A DNA stretch of 64,000 nt from Fimbriosthenelais zetlandica (Eukaryota), in NCBI GenBank assembly GCA_977030845.1, contig OZ365115.1:17484001-17548000 (forward strand), written 5' to 3'. The notes beneath the pieces are model-generated. The model had not been told where the DNA came from, did no database searches, and saw nothing but the letters and a program-made list of their open reading frames with translations. The translations under genes and the position numbers were made by a program. Shown piece by piece: positions 41,587-54,434 of the stretch. Every line of letters begins with the position of its first letter. Positions within the stretch are counted from its first letter, which is position 1.

Positions 41587-42038
41587 GAAATGCCTTCCCG
41601 ACGTCATTTGAGAGTATAGTGAAGAAGATACATCGGTACTTATTCCATGTGATAGCTCATTTATACCAATCCCACTTCAAGGAAATTACATGTCTCAAAC
41701 TGCACGGCCACTTGAATACTATGTTTCAACACTTCATGACTTTCAATAAGCACTTCTGTCTTCTTGATGAGAAGGAGACGGAGGTACTATATGATCTCTA
41801 CCAAAAACTAGAAGAGGGTGTACCCCTCATAAACCTAACGGACGAGAAAGAATCGGAGAAAAAGACAGATAGTACTAGTACGGAGCAAGGGGGAAAAGGT
41901 GACACCTCCCCTAACTCCAACACCCCAACCACCTCCACCACTCCGTCCTCTTTGCCCAGTCCGCAGGACCAAGCAACAAAGGAGGAGAATAAGGAGAATG
42001 ATAATAGCGAAGCAAATCTCGAGTCCAAGAAATCCTAG
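41587..42038 (+). CDS. MOB2: MOB2 last coding exon with acidic Ser/Thr-rich tail
   Basis: ttccag|GA AAT GCC TTC CCG ACG TCA TTT GAG. Translates GNAFPTSFESIVKKIHRYLFHVIAHLYQSHFKE...LHGHLNT..., stop TAG at 42036-42038. The ORF-track ORF 41448-42038 starts inside the intron. Confidence 0.96.
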
Positions 42039-45000
42039 TGGAGACTATCAATGGTGCCAACTAGTGAAGCTAGACTGTTATTTAGTTAATATTAATTAAT
42101 TAACTTTTAAGTTGAGAATCACGGATTTATTCATGTGTCTAGTATACAAATAAAAAAACAAACAGGGCTGTAGATGAATGGCTGGATGGATGGATAGATT
42201 GGACAGTTCCTTGGAGAAGGGGAAGGTTGGCTTCTCCCCTCTTCCCTTCCATGCCTTTTGGTTCTGGAGGAAGGAAAGACTGCCCAGGGAATGTTCACAC
42301 ACTCGCCCTCTCGTGTGGAATGGGAGAAGCGAGAATTGGTGATATTGAGTGAAGAAGAACATAGGAGACCATGGAAAGAGAGAGCACTGCTAACCAGGGT
42401 ATACTTACATACAATCATACTTCAGTTTTTGTCCGACTACGCTTGCCTTTTTCATCATAGAAATACTCCTCATAATAGGGAAAATATTGGATATATACTA
42501 GACATTGGTATAGACTTCATTCCACGTTCGATTCAGGGATTCTGAATCTGTGGCATTTCTTTTTATTCATAGTATATACACAATAAATTACAGTAGAGAG
42601 AGAAAATAATACTGAAAAACAGCTTTGTGCCAACGAGTGTGGGGCCAGCAGTCATCGTCCAGTTTCACCATTTCGGCTGGATTTATTCTGCTTTTACCAC
42701 CTCTCCTGCTGCTGCCACTGAACTTCAGTCACATTGAAGAGGCATGCCAACAATCATAGAATCATCTAATCTATATAATATGTATGATTTTACGCAGGTA
42801 GAATTTTTTGTGCAGTAGCCCTTACATCATGTTGATATTGAGATAAGTTTGCACTTTGTGTTTTGAGAGTTTGAGGAATAATATTTAAAGAAACATGAAA
42901 CGATGCATGTATTGGTTTGTTAATCATGGAAATAATAACATGCTGTCTGATAATCAATAACTACTGTAAGGAGGAATGTTGGGAAGTATCTCACAAAATG
43001 ATCTCTCGGAAAACAGATGGTTTCTTATCATATTTTACGCCTGTGCCGGTCAGAAATATCAAACTAAACCTCAGCTTATGTATACATTCAAAATATGCTT
43101 TCCATAATCCTAAATCATGTTCCTCATAAGGCCATATCGTTAGTATAATCATTGATATTAAAATTCAATAAGAATTGAATATCAGGGAAATGATCTAGTG
43201 CCCTCATATATTATATACATCTTATTGGAAGTGATGTTTTGCTGAAACTATCATGGTAGATATTTGTCAATTTTGGTAAAGTTAAAATGATCTTTCACCA
43301 TTTGGCTTCTATGGACTGGGATGCAATGTGAAACTTGGTCCAAGAACTTTTTGGGGTCAAAATTTAAATGCATTTTCTAATAATTAAAAGCCTCATTGGG
43401 TTAATTTCTGTCGTCTTTTTAGATGCAATATTTGTACGGAAAGATGCAGGATCTGGTAAAATCTGAATTAATGACCAATGATGTTATCTGATACCATTAC
43501 AAGTCTAGGATAGATCCCCTTTTATACACCCTTACACCTGTAATGCATATACTAATATTCGGATTGCATTATTGTCGGTGAAAAACTTTAAGAAAAATCT
43601 AAATACTACACTTATGACAGATTGCAGCCTGGACACTTGAAAGTTTTCCATTTCTAGACAAGCTTAATACCATTCGCTTTGGCTTTTTGGCAATTTCCCC
43701 TTTCCCCCCAAATAAATCCACATTTGGGCATTCCAAGTTTTTACCCCGGTTTTACCATCATTGGCATGAGAACCAAATATATAAAAAAACATTTATTAAT
43801 CCCCCATCCCTTCATTTGCTTGAGCTTTGCCATCCTGATAGGTGTGTCATGTTTATATGACCTCATAGCTTCCCAACCCAATATCCAAGATGCACAGTGA
43901 CCTATGTAAGTCAGTGAGAGACACCATTTATGATGCTTTCAATGTTGTTCCTCAAGATTATCTGTTGGAGTTTTCTACCTTCTTTGGGCAATGCTTTAGG
44001 AATAGAGGAGAAACTAGAAGAAGTGTGTGTTGGACTAAAACGAAGCCAGTAAACCCGTTACAGCTTTGCCTATATTCGTCCATCAATACTATCTAATCTT
44101 ACAAAAATGTCCATTCTTCTCTCCGTTAAACTACAGCAAAACATCTCGTTATGTATGCAAATTGGTTAAATTTGCATCTGAGACAAATTTGCATATTGAG
44201 CTAAATTTGCATATATGGAAAAACGGTGTTTTAAAAGCTATTCTATCGTAAAAAGAATCATGAAGTTTTAACTTATTTATTCAAGGCCGAATTTTAGTCC
44301 TTTTTTCTTGTTCTTCTATTGCTGATTTTATGTACGTTTAGGAAACGGGAGAGAGGGTATTCTCATTTCTAGTTGACTTCCTAGTTTTACTGACGATACA
44401 TCATTCGATGTTCATTGTATTAGACAAATTCTTGCATGATGAAAAAAATGACCAGTTTCAAAATCCAGCAATAATTGATGGTATATACGTCCGAGGTGGT
44501 TTCATTGAGATTTTGTTTTACTCTCATCCTTCTATTATGTAGTCAACACTGATCTTTATGAACAGAAAAAAAAGTTTGTTGATTGGATTTATTCATGTTC
44601 ACAAAAGAAACATTTGATTTGAAACATAAATTGTGCAGAATGACATAAATCAGTAATTGTCGCTGTGGTTCTCACATTTTCACTGGGTTTTCTTTTTGAA
44701 AAATGATGAGTAATGAATTTTGAGTTTGAGATGCATTATGATTGATATGTTTTGCATCTCCTGAATCCAGTTACGCAGAACAAAATAAGGTCTTCAAAGT
44801 GTTGTTTTTGTTGGTTCCCATGGAAACTTGCACTGGTTTCTTAATCCTAGGTTCTAGATATTCGCCGATTCCACATTGTTACTGTGATTTAAAATGTACA
44901 TAGTTAACCCGCGAAAGTCTTAAGTAAGGAAATTAATGGGTCGATATAATTAATAGATAAATAATGTGTATACATAAATCTGTATGTAAATGTATAGGTG

Positions 45001-47970
45001 TGATTCCCCAGATGTGTGCAGCAGGCCAGTCTCACTGTGAAAGAGATGAAGGGTCAGTTATGTTTTATTGTGTGTGTGGATAAGTAATATAAATGTTACG
45101 AATGAGTGAGATTTTGTGTGATAATTAATTATTATTTTAATTTGGCTCCTTCACTGAGGTTCGTTGGGTTCCTCCCTGAAATATATTACGTGTACATGTG
45201 TGGTGGTTTGATCGCAATGAAGGAGCATTCCTCAAAAATGACAAAAAAGTTGTGGTAGCCACAGGGTTTAGTATTGTATCAATAAATGGTGTCTTAAAGT
45301 CAAATTAAAGAAGGAAATGTTTCAAGAGAAGAAACAGAAAAGTCCAGTAAAGCTGCAAAAAAAAATATTGTAAAAGAAATGGTACAAGATTATTATGCTA
45401 AAAATGTGCAATTGATGGGATTTTAGTCCAGTTTCGCCAATTTTTCATTAGGCCGTTTTTAAATAGAGAAGCATGGATGCATGCCAAATTTAGTGATCTA
45501 TTTTGAAATGATTTATTTCACTGGTTGCACTCCGAGGCCGAGACATATCAATGTACAAAAAAAGCCTGAACATAAAATGGGTGTTACAGTATTTTGTCCC
45601 GATGATATAGTGAGGAAATTGGAATTGTAGTCGCATGTTAAGGATGTAAAAATTCACATATTGAAAAGACAACTTAAATTTTTTTTGATACCAATTATCA
45701 TGTCTATTACGATCATGGACTTAGATTTAGTGGCGTAAAAGAGAATTAGAGGGTAACGAATGTTTTAAAGCAAGAAAATATATAGAAGTATTTAGGATCG
45801 AAATCATCTAGAATACAAGCACACTCATGGGAAAAAATGTTAGTTTGGTGCCAGTCACACGGGAAAAGTAATGATAATTCCTAAGGCACCTTATACAATA
45901 CTCGTAGGTACAATACACTGATAGAAAAGTTTGTGAAGGCACCATTGACATACACAGAAGTACACATCCATGTATTGCTAATAGTGAAACGACAAAAAGC
46001 ATTTCATCCAGGCATTTTTAGTATCGGGCTAACGTGGCTTGAACTAATGGAAAAAGCTGACAACTAAAAGATAACAATTCGATCCAAATTGCCACTGTGC
46101 TTCAAGGGAAATGATCATTACTTTTTTCCACAAAAAATAACAAGCCCCGAAAAAGAGATTGATACCGGGTCATAAATATTTGTGTTACAATTTACATGCG
46201 ACGATTTGTGTGGTCTTTTTGTTTATCATTCGTTTTCCCCTTGTTTTCGTTTGCTGCGAAAGATGTAGCGTAAAGCCCCTACAAAGTGTGGAAACAAGCC
46301 CTAAGAATATATAAGTGCCTCAGCAACACAGGAAATGTGAAGCAAAAGTTGCAATTTTTCCATTATGGTATTCTTTTCATCCTCCCCCTATACCACTAGC
46401 ACTGGAAGCATGAAGCAATACATAAAAAAATATGCATATTATACACACATAATATAGGTGTCCCTTGTTCATCAGGCCTGGCCTTGATCTACCCCGACAA
46501 GTTCAGGCTGCTAGGACAGAATGATCATCCTCATATATAGGAAAAAAACATGATTATCATCCGAAACCATTTAGGTTCTGATCGTTATTTTATTTTGATT
46601 TACCCTCGGGAATTTTAAAATTAGTTCACTTGCGGCATATACGAGTGTGGAAACCCTTCACCATTATGATATATAATGTTTACATTTATTATTGGAACCA
46701 AATATTTATTTATTGGAAAGGTATATCTATGTTACTTGATCCTAGAAGTGGCCTAGTGTGTGCTTTATCTTAGTTCCTACCTGGTCTTCTCTTCAGAGGC
46801 CGGTTCATTCAAAATGGGGCTGGGGTGGGAGAGGATGAAAATGCAAAGCTATACGAGTGACTAGATGTACATATAGATCTTTCAAACAAACTGGAAAGTC
46901 ACTCTGAAAACGTTGAATACAATACCAAGACCTCTTCACGTATTTATATTAAATACAAAAGGAAAATTGTGTTTAATAATGGGCGGGGGTACTCATGTAC
47001 AGTGTTGAATGTACAGTGAATGGAGATGATGAATTTAAAGGTCACCACTATTATAATAAGATCAGTTGATTGATCCATCAGTTAAACTAAACCACATATT
47101 GGTTGTTCTCCTTTATAAATGAAAAGGATTGGGATGTGAGTGAGCGACTGTACTGTACATGAACACAGTGTATTGGACTGACCAAAGCACAGCGTGTTGA
47201 GTCTTTGTAAATAGATATACATAATATAAAGGAGAGAGGAGGAAGAGGAGGTGGGGAGGTTAGCACTAAAGGAATGTTATTTTTATGTCAATCGGCTGGC
47301 CGTCAATAACTGTGACAAGAGACAATGACCATTGTTCAAACCCAATTAAAACAAAATGAGACAGTAAGACGATCTGTTAGGTATTGGTATTGTTAAGTTA
47401 TAACCTATGGGACATCTAGAGAAAACACATGGAGAGAGAGTATTGGTAAATCTCCTCCCATCGAAAATCTCAGAGCCCTCTTTATTATACCGATTCGTGA
47501 TCTTTTTTTTCCCTGGAGACATAATTATTGGGTTTAGGAACAGAATTTTGTTTTATTTAATTTTAATTTATGATTTTTCTTCTGACGTCAGTGGCTTATG
47601 ATGAGAGGCCCCATCAGTACTTCCGGATTGAAAGTTAAGCTATTGATCTAAATTATCCGGCACAAGATAAACTGTGACCTTTTACTCATGACTGTCATAT
47701 CTACTCTTTAATTATTGGGTTTTATGTGAATATGTACAACGAATGAAGAAAATAAACAAGAACGTCAAGCTTGAACATTATTATATTTGTTGTTGATACT
47801 ATATGCGACATGATAGGTCACTTTCTGTATGGCTTAAAATATTGCTATATGTTTACAATTAGTGATATACTACCCGCCACTCACCCCCCGCCGAAGTTAA
47901 CATTAAGATGTGTTTGTTTAATCATAATGGGGTTCAACGTCAGTTGTGACTGAGTCCTATGTTCTTAAGT

Positions 47971-48110
47971 CTTTTATAGTGCTGCCTCACTGAAGTATCA
48001 CATGAGTATCATAGAATGCCATGATGACATGATACCTCACCCAGTCACATTATCCCGACACCAGGCCGACCAATCCTAGTACTCTCCTCTTACTACTAAC
48101 CGAGGGAGGC
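47971..48110 (-). mobile_element. SINE relic (central segment, tRNA head lost)
   Basis: cttttatagtgctgcctcactgaagtatca...tcacccagtcacattatcccgacaccaggccgaccaatcctagtact resembles, from memory, the antisense core of tRNA-derived SINEs common in marine invertebrates. Needs a Dfam/Repbase search. Confidence 0.55.
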
Positions 48111-49256
48111 ATTTGAACATACAGGTCCATATTGAAAGAGTAACAACAAAACATGGAATCATTTTTTTAAAATTAAAATTCATGGGGAATTTATTCATGT
48201 AGGATCAAGATTATTTGGGGTAAAAAAACAGACAAATAAAACGGATTACAAAGAATTATATATGCTAAACATTTTGACGACACATGTAAATATGATGTAA
48301 TAATTTCAGCTGAGCAATGTAAATAATTCTACACGATTTGGTAATACCGAGCCACATTTTGTCATGATTTTCAATCTATTTAACAAATTCAAACACCATT
48401 CTCAGTCGTAAATAATTATAAATATATAGAAACAATACTGATAGCTATCCCTCACAAGGGGCTCAGCAATTAGGCACCTTTCCTTTAATATCAGAGGTTC
48501 CATAAAGACTACTCTAACCACCAAAAGCTAATCATCAGATAATTCTATCAATTTAAGCTGTTGACTAGATGTGAAATTCTTTCCACCATCTTTCACAAGA
48601 AAGGATTTGAGCCAAGAGGGACAATCAGCAGCAGAGATAAAATTCTTATTTCTATACACCGCACCCTCTTAATTCTTATGCCTGATTGATTTTAGACTAG
48701 ACAAATATTATATTATATTATATTTAGAGAACATATTGTCAAGTAAATACATTTTAGAACCAAGTGAACGCCTTGGACATCAATTACATTAAGCGTCTCG
48801 GGAAGTCCTGGGCATTATTTCTTGCCAATCAACCGGACAATCAAATATAAATAATTATTACAAATAGTAATCAGGAAATATTTCATTCATATATTATATC
48901 TATTCCGTCCAACAGCCACCGTCATTTTGGTCAATGATGAGGGAATGAATTACCTAGATTATCTCACCATTACCCGAGTTTGGTTGCTAGAATTTTTTTA
49001 ATTCACCAATTTTGATTTATATTGAATTTATGACTAAGAGAGAAATATAAAAGAGGAGAGTATTTAGCAGTGTATGTACAAGCCATGAATCTGTTCTACA
49101 TTCTTTCTTTCAATCTAATTTCATCAAACCATGTGTATATATTCCATTGCATGAATCAAGTCTTGAATTGAGGTAGTCAAGGCCCCTGAGATAACCTTTA
49201 CACTGACAATTCATTTTTACGAGTACATTAATTTAATGACCTAAGAATCTCAAGGG

Positions 49257-52200
49257 TCAGGAACATTTGAAGAAATCTTGTTCCTGTAAGTCAGTTACAT
49301 CAGGGGTCAGTATCTCTTTAAAGATGATGCTTTTCTTTGGTTTCCTTAAAGTTTTGATCGGTTCACCACAGTATCTGTCAAAGTCTTCTCCCGCTCGCTG
49401 TAAAGCCTTGGAAGCTACAGCACCTGCAAGTGGGATCAAACTTAACAGTTTAATTTTCAATCAATTTCCACGGATTCATGAACATGAACACACTTATTAT
49501 TGTCTAAAAGGTTGAAAAATGGTATAGTTTTTGTATAGCCCAGTATTTCAAATTTACAAATTATCCAATATTTGAGGTTGATTAATTGGTGAAATATTAA
49601 TCAAGAACTCACTAGGTAACAAGTCTTGTTCTTCCACAGTGGTGTCACCGATCAGTCCCACGTGTCTTAGCTGCCTTCTCAGTGGTGTCGGTACTGTAGC
49701 CTTCCATTGACTCACCACCTGTGAAGTCACACAATTATGTTCCTCATTAACCCCAACTTTACCTGGGACTACTTTAGAGGAAGTACCGTAGGTAGCCATC
49801 TGATTACCATCTATATGCCCCAGAGCTTTCCTTGCTTGTCTCCTCACTAGACTCTCATCCAAACTGCTGGTGAAGATATTTGATTGTTTCTTGGGATCCG
49901 TTTTAGGAAGCGGCATGCTGAACTCTGCGGTGGTGGCATCCTCTTCATGGTTTAACACTGGGATCCTTGTACTACTGAACAATGTCTGAGGATCGGCATT
50001 GTTAAAATCCATGGAAGAACTCCCATCTATGTCCTCTTCTAGACCAGTGTCTCGGCTGGATAGGGGCAGGAGACTACCAAACTGGTTAGTGAGATTAGTA
50101 TGTAGACCTGTGTCATGATTGGTGCTCTGGAGACTGTTGGTTTGGTAACCAGTATCGTGAGAGTGAGTCACGTATGTGCTATGAGCCGGGTGCTGTGAGG
50201 GATCCTGATCCACCACAGACTCAGAGAACTCATTGAATCCTCGAAGCACCCGAAAGCCGTCAGATGCGGCGAAGGGATCGAGGGTGAGACTGAAGTCTTG
50301 ATCGACCTCCATCTCCTTGAGGTACTTGGGGTTAGCCGACATGTCTGTCTCGGCTGTTTTCATGTAGATGGCCGAGTCGTCAGCACTGAGCTCAGGAGGG
50401 GCTGGGATCTTTACGTGGAGATTCTTTACCCGCCGGGTATCCCAAGAATTAGCTTCATCTGAAACAGAAACAATGTAACATTAGTTATTTAGATATACAA
50501 TTAATTAATTGCCTCGCTGATCAAATCTTGTAAGATCAGGGTCGGAGACGTGCAATATCTCTGAACGGGTAATAGAGCACGAAAACGGGCTAAGAGTGTA
50601 CTAATAATTTTTCTCGTCAACACATTAGGTATTGCGAGACCTGAAAGAGTTGAACATCCGGTGATCACATGTTACTTCAGTGGATTACTTCAGACGGACG
50701 CCTTGTATTTAGGGGTGAGTTTTTCCGGTTTTTTTTCGCTTTTCTTTTAGGCTTTGAGCCCTTTTTCAGGTTCATTCTTGTTAGCAACCCCAGAGGGTTC
50801 AATTTTGAGTCGGCTTTTTTGGTTTGTGAACATTGAATTGCTATACAAATGATATAACTTTAGCTATACAAAATTGGTTTTGCGTCCCAAAAAATTGCTA
50901 ATTTCCCCCAAAATTTCGGAACCTGAAGACTTCAGTCCTGAAGGGCAAAATTAATACTTTAGTGACTTACCAACGGGGTAGTCTTCCACACGACTGGCTT
51001 CCAGACGTATGGGTGAAACTCCAGGACTGTTGAAGGGTAGACTTGGCCTGCCAGAGGAAGGTGTGGCTTGAAGTGGGCGACAGAGTGGGGTATTGTCACT
51101 CAACGGACTCTTCTCTATAAAAATTGAGTTTGAAAATCAGAAAAAAAAATACTTATATTAAGTTTCTGCCTTTCGGTATTCATGTCAATATTATCTATCA
51201 CTAGTATTAGATGCCTACCTTTAGCCTCTGTGTGTAGTCTCGCACGCTGGCGAGAGTGACCAATGGGTGAGAGTTCTGGTGAAGTCATCAGATCAGGAGC
51301 AGTAGAACACCGCCGGAGGCTGGGTGTCTGCGGCGCACGATCTATATCAGACCGAATAGGACTCGAGGAAAATAAATTCTGAAAGTAGCAACATAAGTCA
51401 TGAGGAAACAAGTGAATGGATATTAGACTCCATCATGACAATGAACTTATTGTTCATTTTGGCAGGATTTCCAATTTTTTTAAAGGAAAAATACGATTTT
51501 TAATTTACTTTGGTATTAAATATGTAGTATAGGAGTGATTACTTGTACTTACAGACGGCGGGGTATGATGTGATCGTTGTTTAATATTGGGAGTATGGCA
51601 CATTGTCTCAGTTACTGGGGAAGGTTCAGAGTCCATAGGTAAACTACGAGGTCTTACTCTCTCAGTCTCACTGAAAAAACAACAGAAATTATTTTATGTC
51701 CATTTTACCCACGAAAGTTTCTCACCCCTGGTGTGGCATATATAGATTTAATGTATAAATTTAGGGGTTTTTTTTAAGGAAATGAAGGGTGTGGAGAATG
51801 GCTCACCTGCCAGGACTGAATGGGGTGCCCACCTCACCGTTACTGAACAGTTTACGGCGGAGGGACGAAGTACTCAGAGATTCTGGACTTATTTCTTCTT
51901 TCCCAGATTCCTGAGTGTAGTACTGGCCTAAAATGGAAAGATAAATAGAACATATAAGATAGACAGTACATAGAGATATTTCAGTTTTCTTGATTTAATT
52001 TTTAAGTTTCTCTTCAAAATCGAGTCACTGGAATTAGTGCCACTTGCCTAAAACCTTCTGAAGATCAAAATCCACAGGTAGGGAAAGTACAGTCTGGCAG
52101 GAAACTATAAATTGAACATGGAAATAAATAACAGTAACAGAACCGTTTAAAATAGGTAACTTCAAATCAACTTAACACTGAACACATAAAAATTAAAACT

Positions 52201-53493
52201 GTAATTCAATATAACAAGAACATGTAATATTCACTCACTTTCTTTTTTACCAGACGCATTTGCTGGGGAGGAATTCTTTGTATTGTTCGATACCGGAATA
52301 ACTCCTGAAAAGTGAAAGCTCTCTTTAAATAAATTGTTATTAAAAAACAGTTTAATATAACAAATCTGAATTTGGGTTAGTATGCAAGGTAAAACAGGTG
52401 GAGGTCACACCTACCAGGGGTGATAGGGGTCTGTGGTAAAAAGTTCAATCTTTTCTTGTCTCCGTTTTCTGACCATGGGGAGGGGAGAATGAAATCATTC
52501 CTGTTGAAGAAGTCCTCTATTGCTTGCTGTGTTCTTTCCTCAGCTTCACTGTCAAGGGGCCTGTACAAATATTTCACAAAAATCTAATGAAATCGTAAAC
52601 TAAATTGTTTTTTTGTTTTTTTTCGAATTACTTATTATCAGTGGAGTTATGGGTCAGAACTATGGTCATGTACACTTACCCGACATACTTAGTTGGATTC
52701 TCATCTATATCTGCAGGTCTTAACATAGCTATATTATCAATCGACCAGAAGGGGCTTCCTTTCTATAAAACAAATTTAATTAGAGAAAAATCAATTTACC
52801 GTAGGCAAAATATTGTCAAACAGTGTCCCAGGGATGTTCTAAAAAATATGAGAAACCTTCCTCCTCAGATCTGAATTGAATTGTTTCATTTAATTCTTTT
52901 ATTCTAACCGGGAATAAAGAGAATTTTTTTGTACAGAATATTCTCAAAAATACCTATCAGAAATAGCACTGAGTCTAGTATGTTCATATTAGAAACTATT
53001 AAAATCTAAATTATTAATTTAAATAATTATGGTAGTATCTTACATCTTCAGATGAACCTTTCGATGCAAACACACCAGGGCTGAACACCCATCCCGACAT
53101 GCTTTCTGGATTACGTTCAAATGGATTACGGATATAGTCAGTGGGGGTCATGCCGGGGGTCCTGCATCCTCGACTACTGTATGAACCTCCAGAGCTGGGG
53201 GTCTTTCTCAGCTGTTGAAATCTGGGTGTTGATCTTGGGGTGAGTTGAGGAATATCCCTGGCTCCCTGACTGCTGGGTAACCCATGTGGGGAACCAGTAC
53301 TGGGACTGTTAAATTGTCTGAGGAAGGCACGAGCTTGTGTGCTACTAGGGGTCCTGTATTGTTGACTATTGAAGTGGAGATTTTTTCCTGGAGTATTTTG
53401 TGAGTTGGATGGACTTTGTGGGGTGTGGTTGGGAGTCATTTCTTGCTGAAGTCTACTCCGTGGTTTCCCCTCACATATATCCGGCGTCAGCAT
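49257..53493 (-). CDS. BORA: Protein aurora borealis (Aurora-A/PLK1 co-activator), 11 coding exons, 2358 nt, about 785 aa
   Basis: Exons (minus): 53493-53044, 52762-52680, 52560-52415, 52304-52239, 52104-52048, 51927-51807, 51670-51553, 51378-51219, 51114-50971, 50458-49613, 49423-49257. All phases are compatible. BORA motifs occur in order: NPFE...VFSPGVF, FWSIDNIAMLRPADID, QQAIEDFF...ILPSPW, CQTVLSLPVDFDLQKVLGQY, SSLRRKLF, FSSSPI, SPGVSPI. A non-coding first exon is likely around 54250-54119. Confidence 0.95.
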
Positions 53494-54179
53494 CCTGGGG
53501 CTTTGTTGGCAGAGGTGTGTGATTTATAACTAAAAAAGTGAAGAAAAATAGTCCTATAAGTTTTAATACCGGTAATTTATTTCGAATATTCTATCGAAAT
53601 TAAGGCATTTCTGAATTTTCAGTGAGAGTGAAACCAAAGACTAAGTCTAGATTCTACTAATATATTGATCTAGCAAAATCTTTGGTAAAACACTGCATGA
53701 AATTATTAATGGAGATGATATGTATCATGGCTATGGCATTATTAACTACGGTACGCCTATTAATAATATATATTATTTCCTTTTGGTCTCAGGCTCAGCC
53801 AAAAGTAACCCAAGAAATTTACTTATTCAAGACATGTAGTTGAGTTAGTGAGAGTAGGATTTCATTAAACAAGCTCTTAACGAAGCAACAAGGAATTAAA
53901 CATGTGTCAATTTAAAATAACAGTGACAGTTTGCCCTTAGCAGGCTAACAGTTAGGCCTAGGCCTACAGTAACATTTAAACAGCAACTCACCCAGCCTCA
54001 CACAGTTTCAACACTTACTAGTATCAGAGGAGGCTATGTTTGAAGCAAATTTTGTATGAAATTTTAAGTTATTCACCACAGAAAAGACGAGAGAACAGTT
54101 TTACAAACAAGTACCTACCCCTCAGATACCTTTTACGGCCATTGTTGGAATGTAAACAGAGTTTTGATCCACAGAAGTG

Positions 54180-54434
54180 ACTTGCCTAGACTTGCCCGGC
54201 GCTCTGTGTGTCCATTCAAAATTCCCACCTTTCAAATCGACCAATGACGGATGAGTACTCAGCAGCAAAAGTTTAAAGCTGTGTTTATCATAAACATAAA
54301 CGATTGTAAATATTACACCATCTTTATTAAGTATAAAGGAAATATTTTGTATTGAAATATTAATATATACGGCGTGAGATATGCTTTGCTGAATTTTTAA
54401 ACCGTAGAAATTCATTTACTGCTGAGGATTCAAG
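54180..54434. promoter_or_regulatory. BORA/MZT1 bidirectional promoter with CCAAT box and two CHR motifs
   Basis: Divergent genes flank this interval. The minus strand reads cATTGGtcgaTTTGAAaggtgggaaTTTTGAAtgg, with CCAAT at 54241-54245 and TTCAAA at 54231-54236 and 54215-54220. CCAAT plus CHR is the established NF-Y/MuvB architecture of G2/M genes. Confidence 0.7.

Noticed and set aside
54122-54415. 97-aa ORF as the BORA N-terminus
   Set aside because: It spans the AT-rich promoter and ends in a stop before the donor. No phase joins it to the BORA frame.
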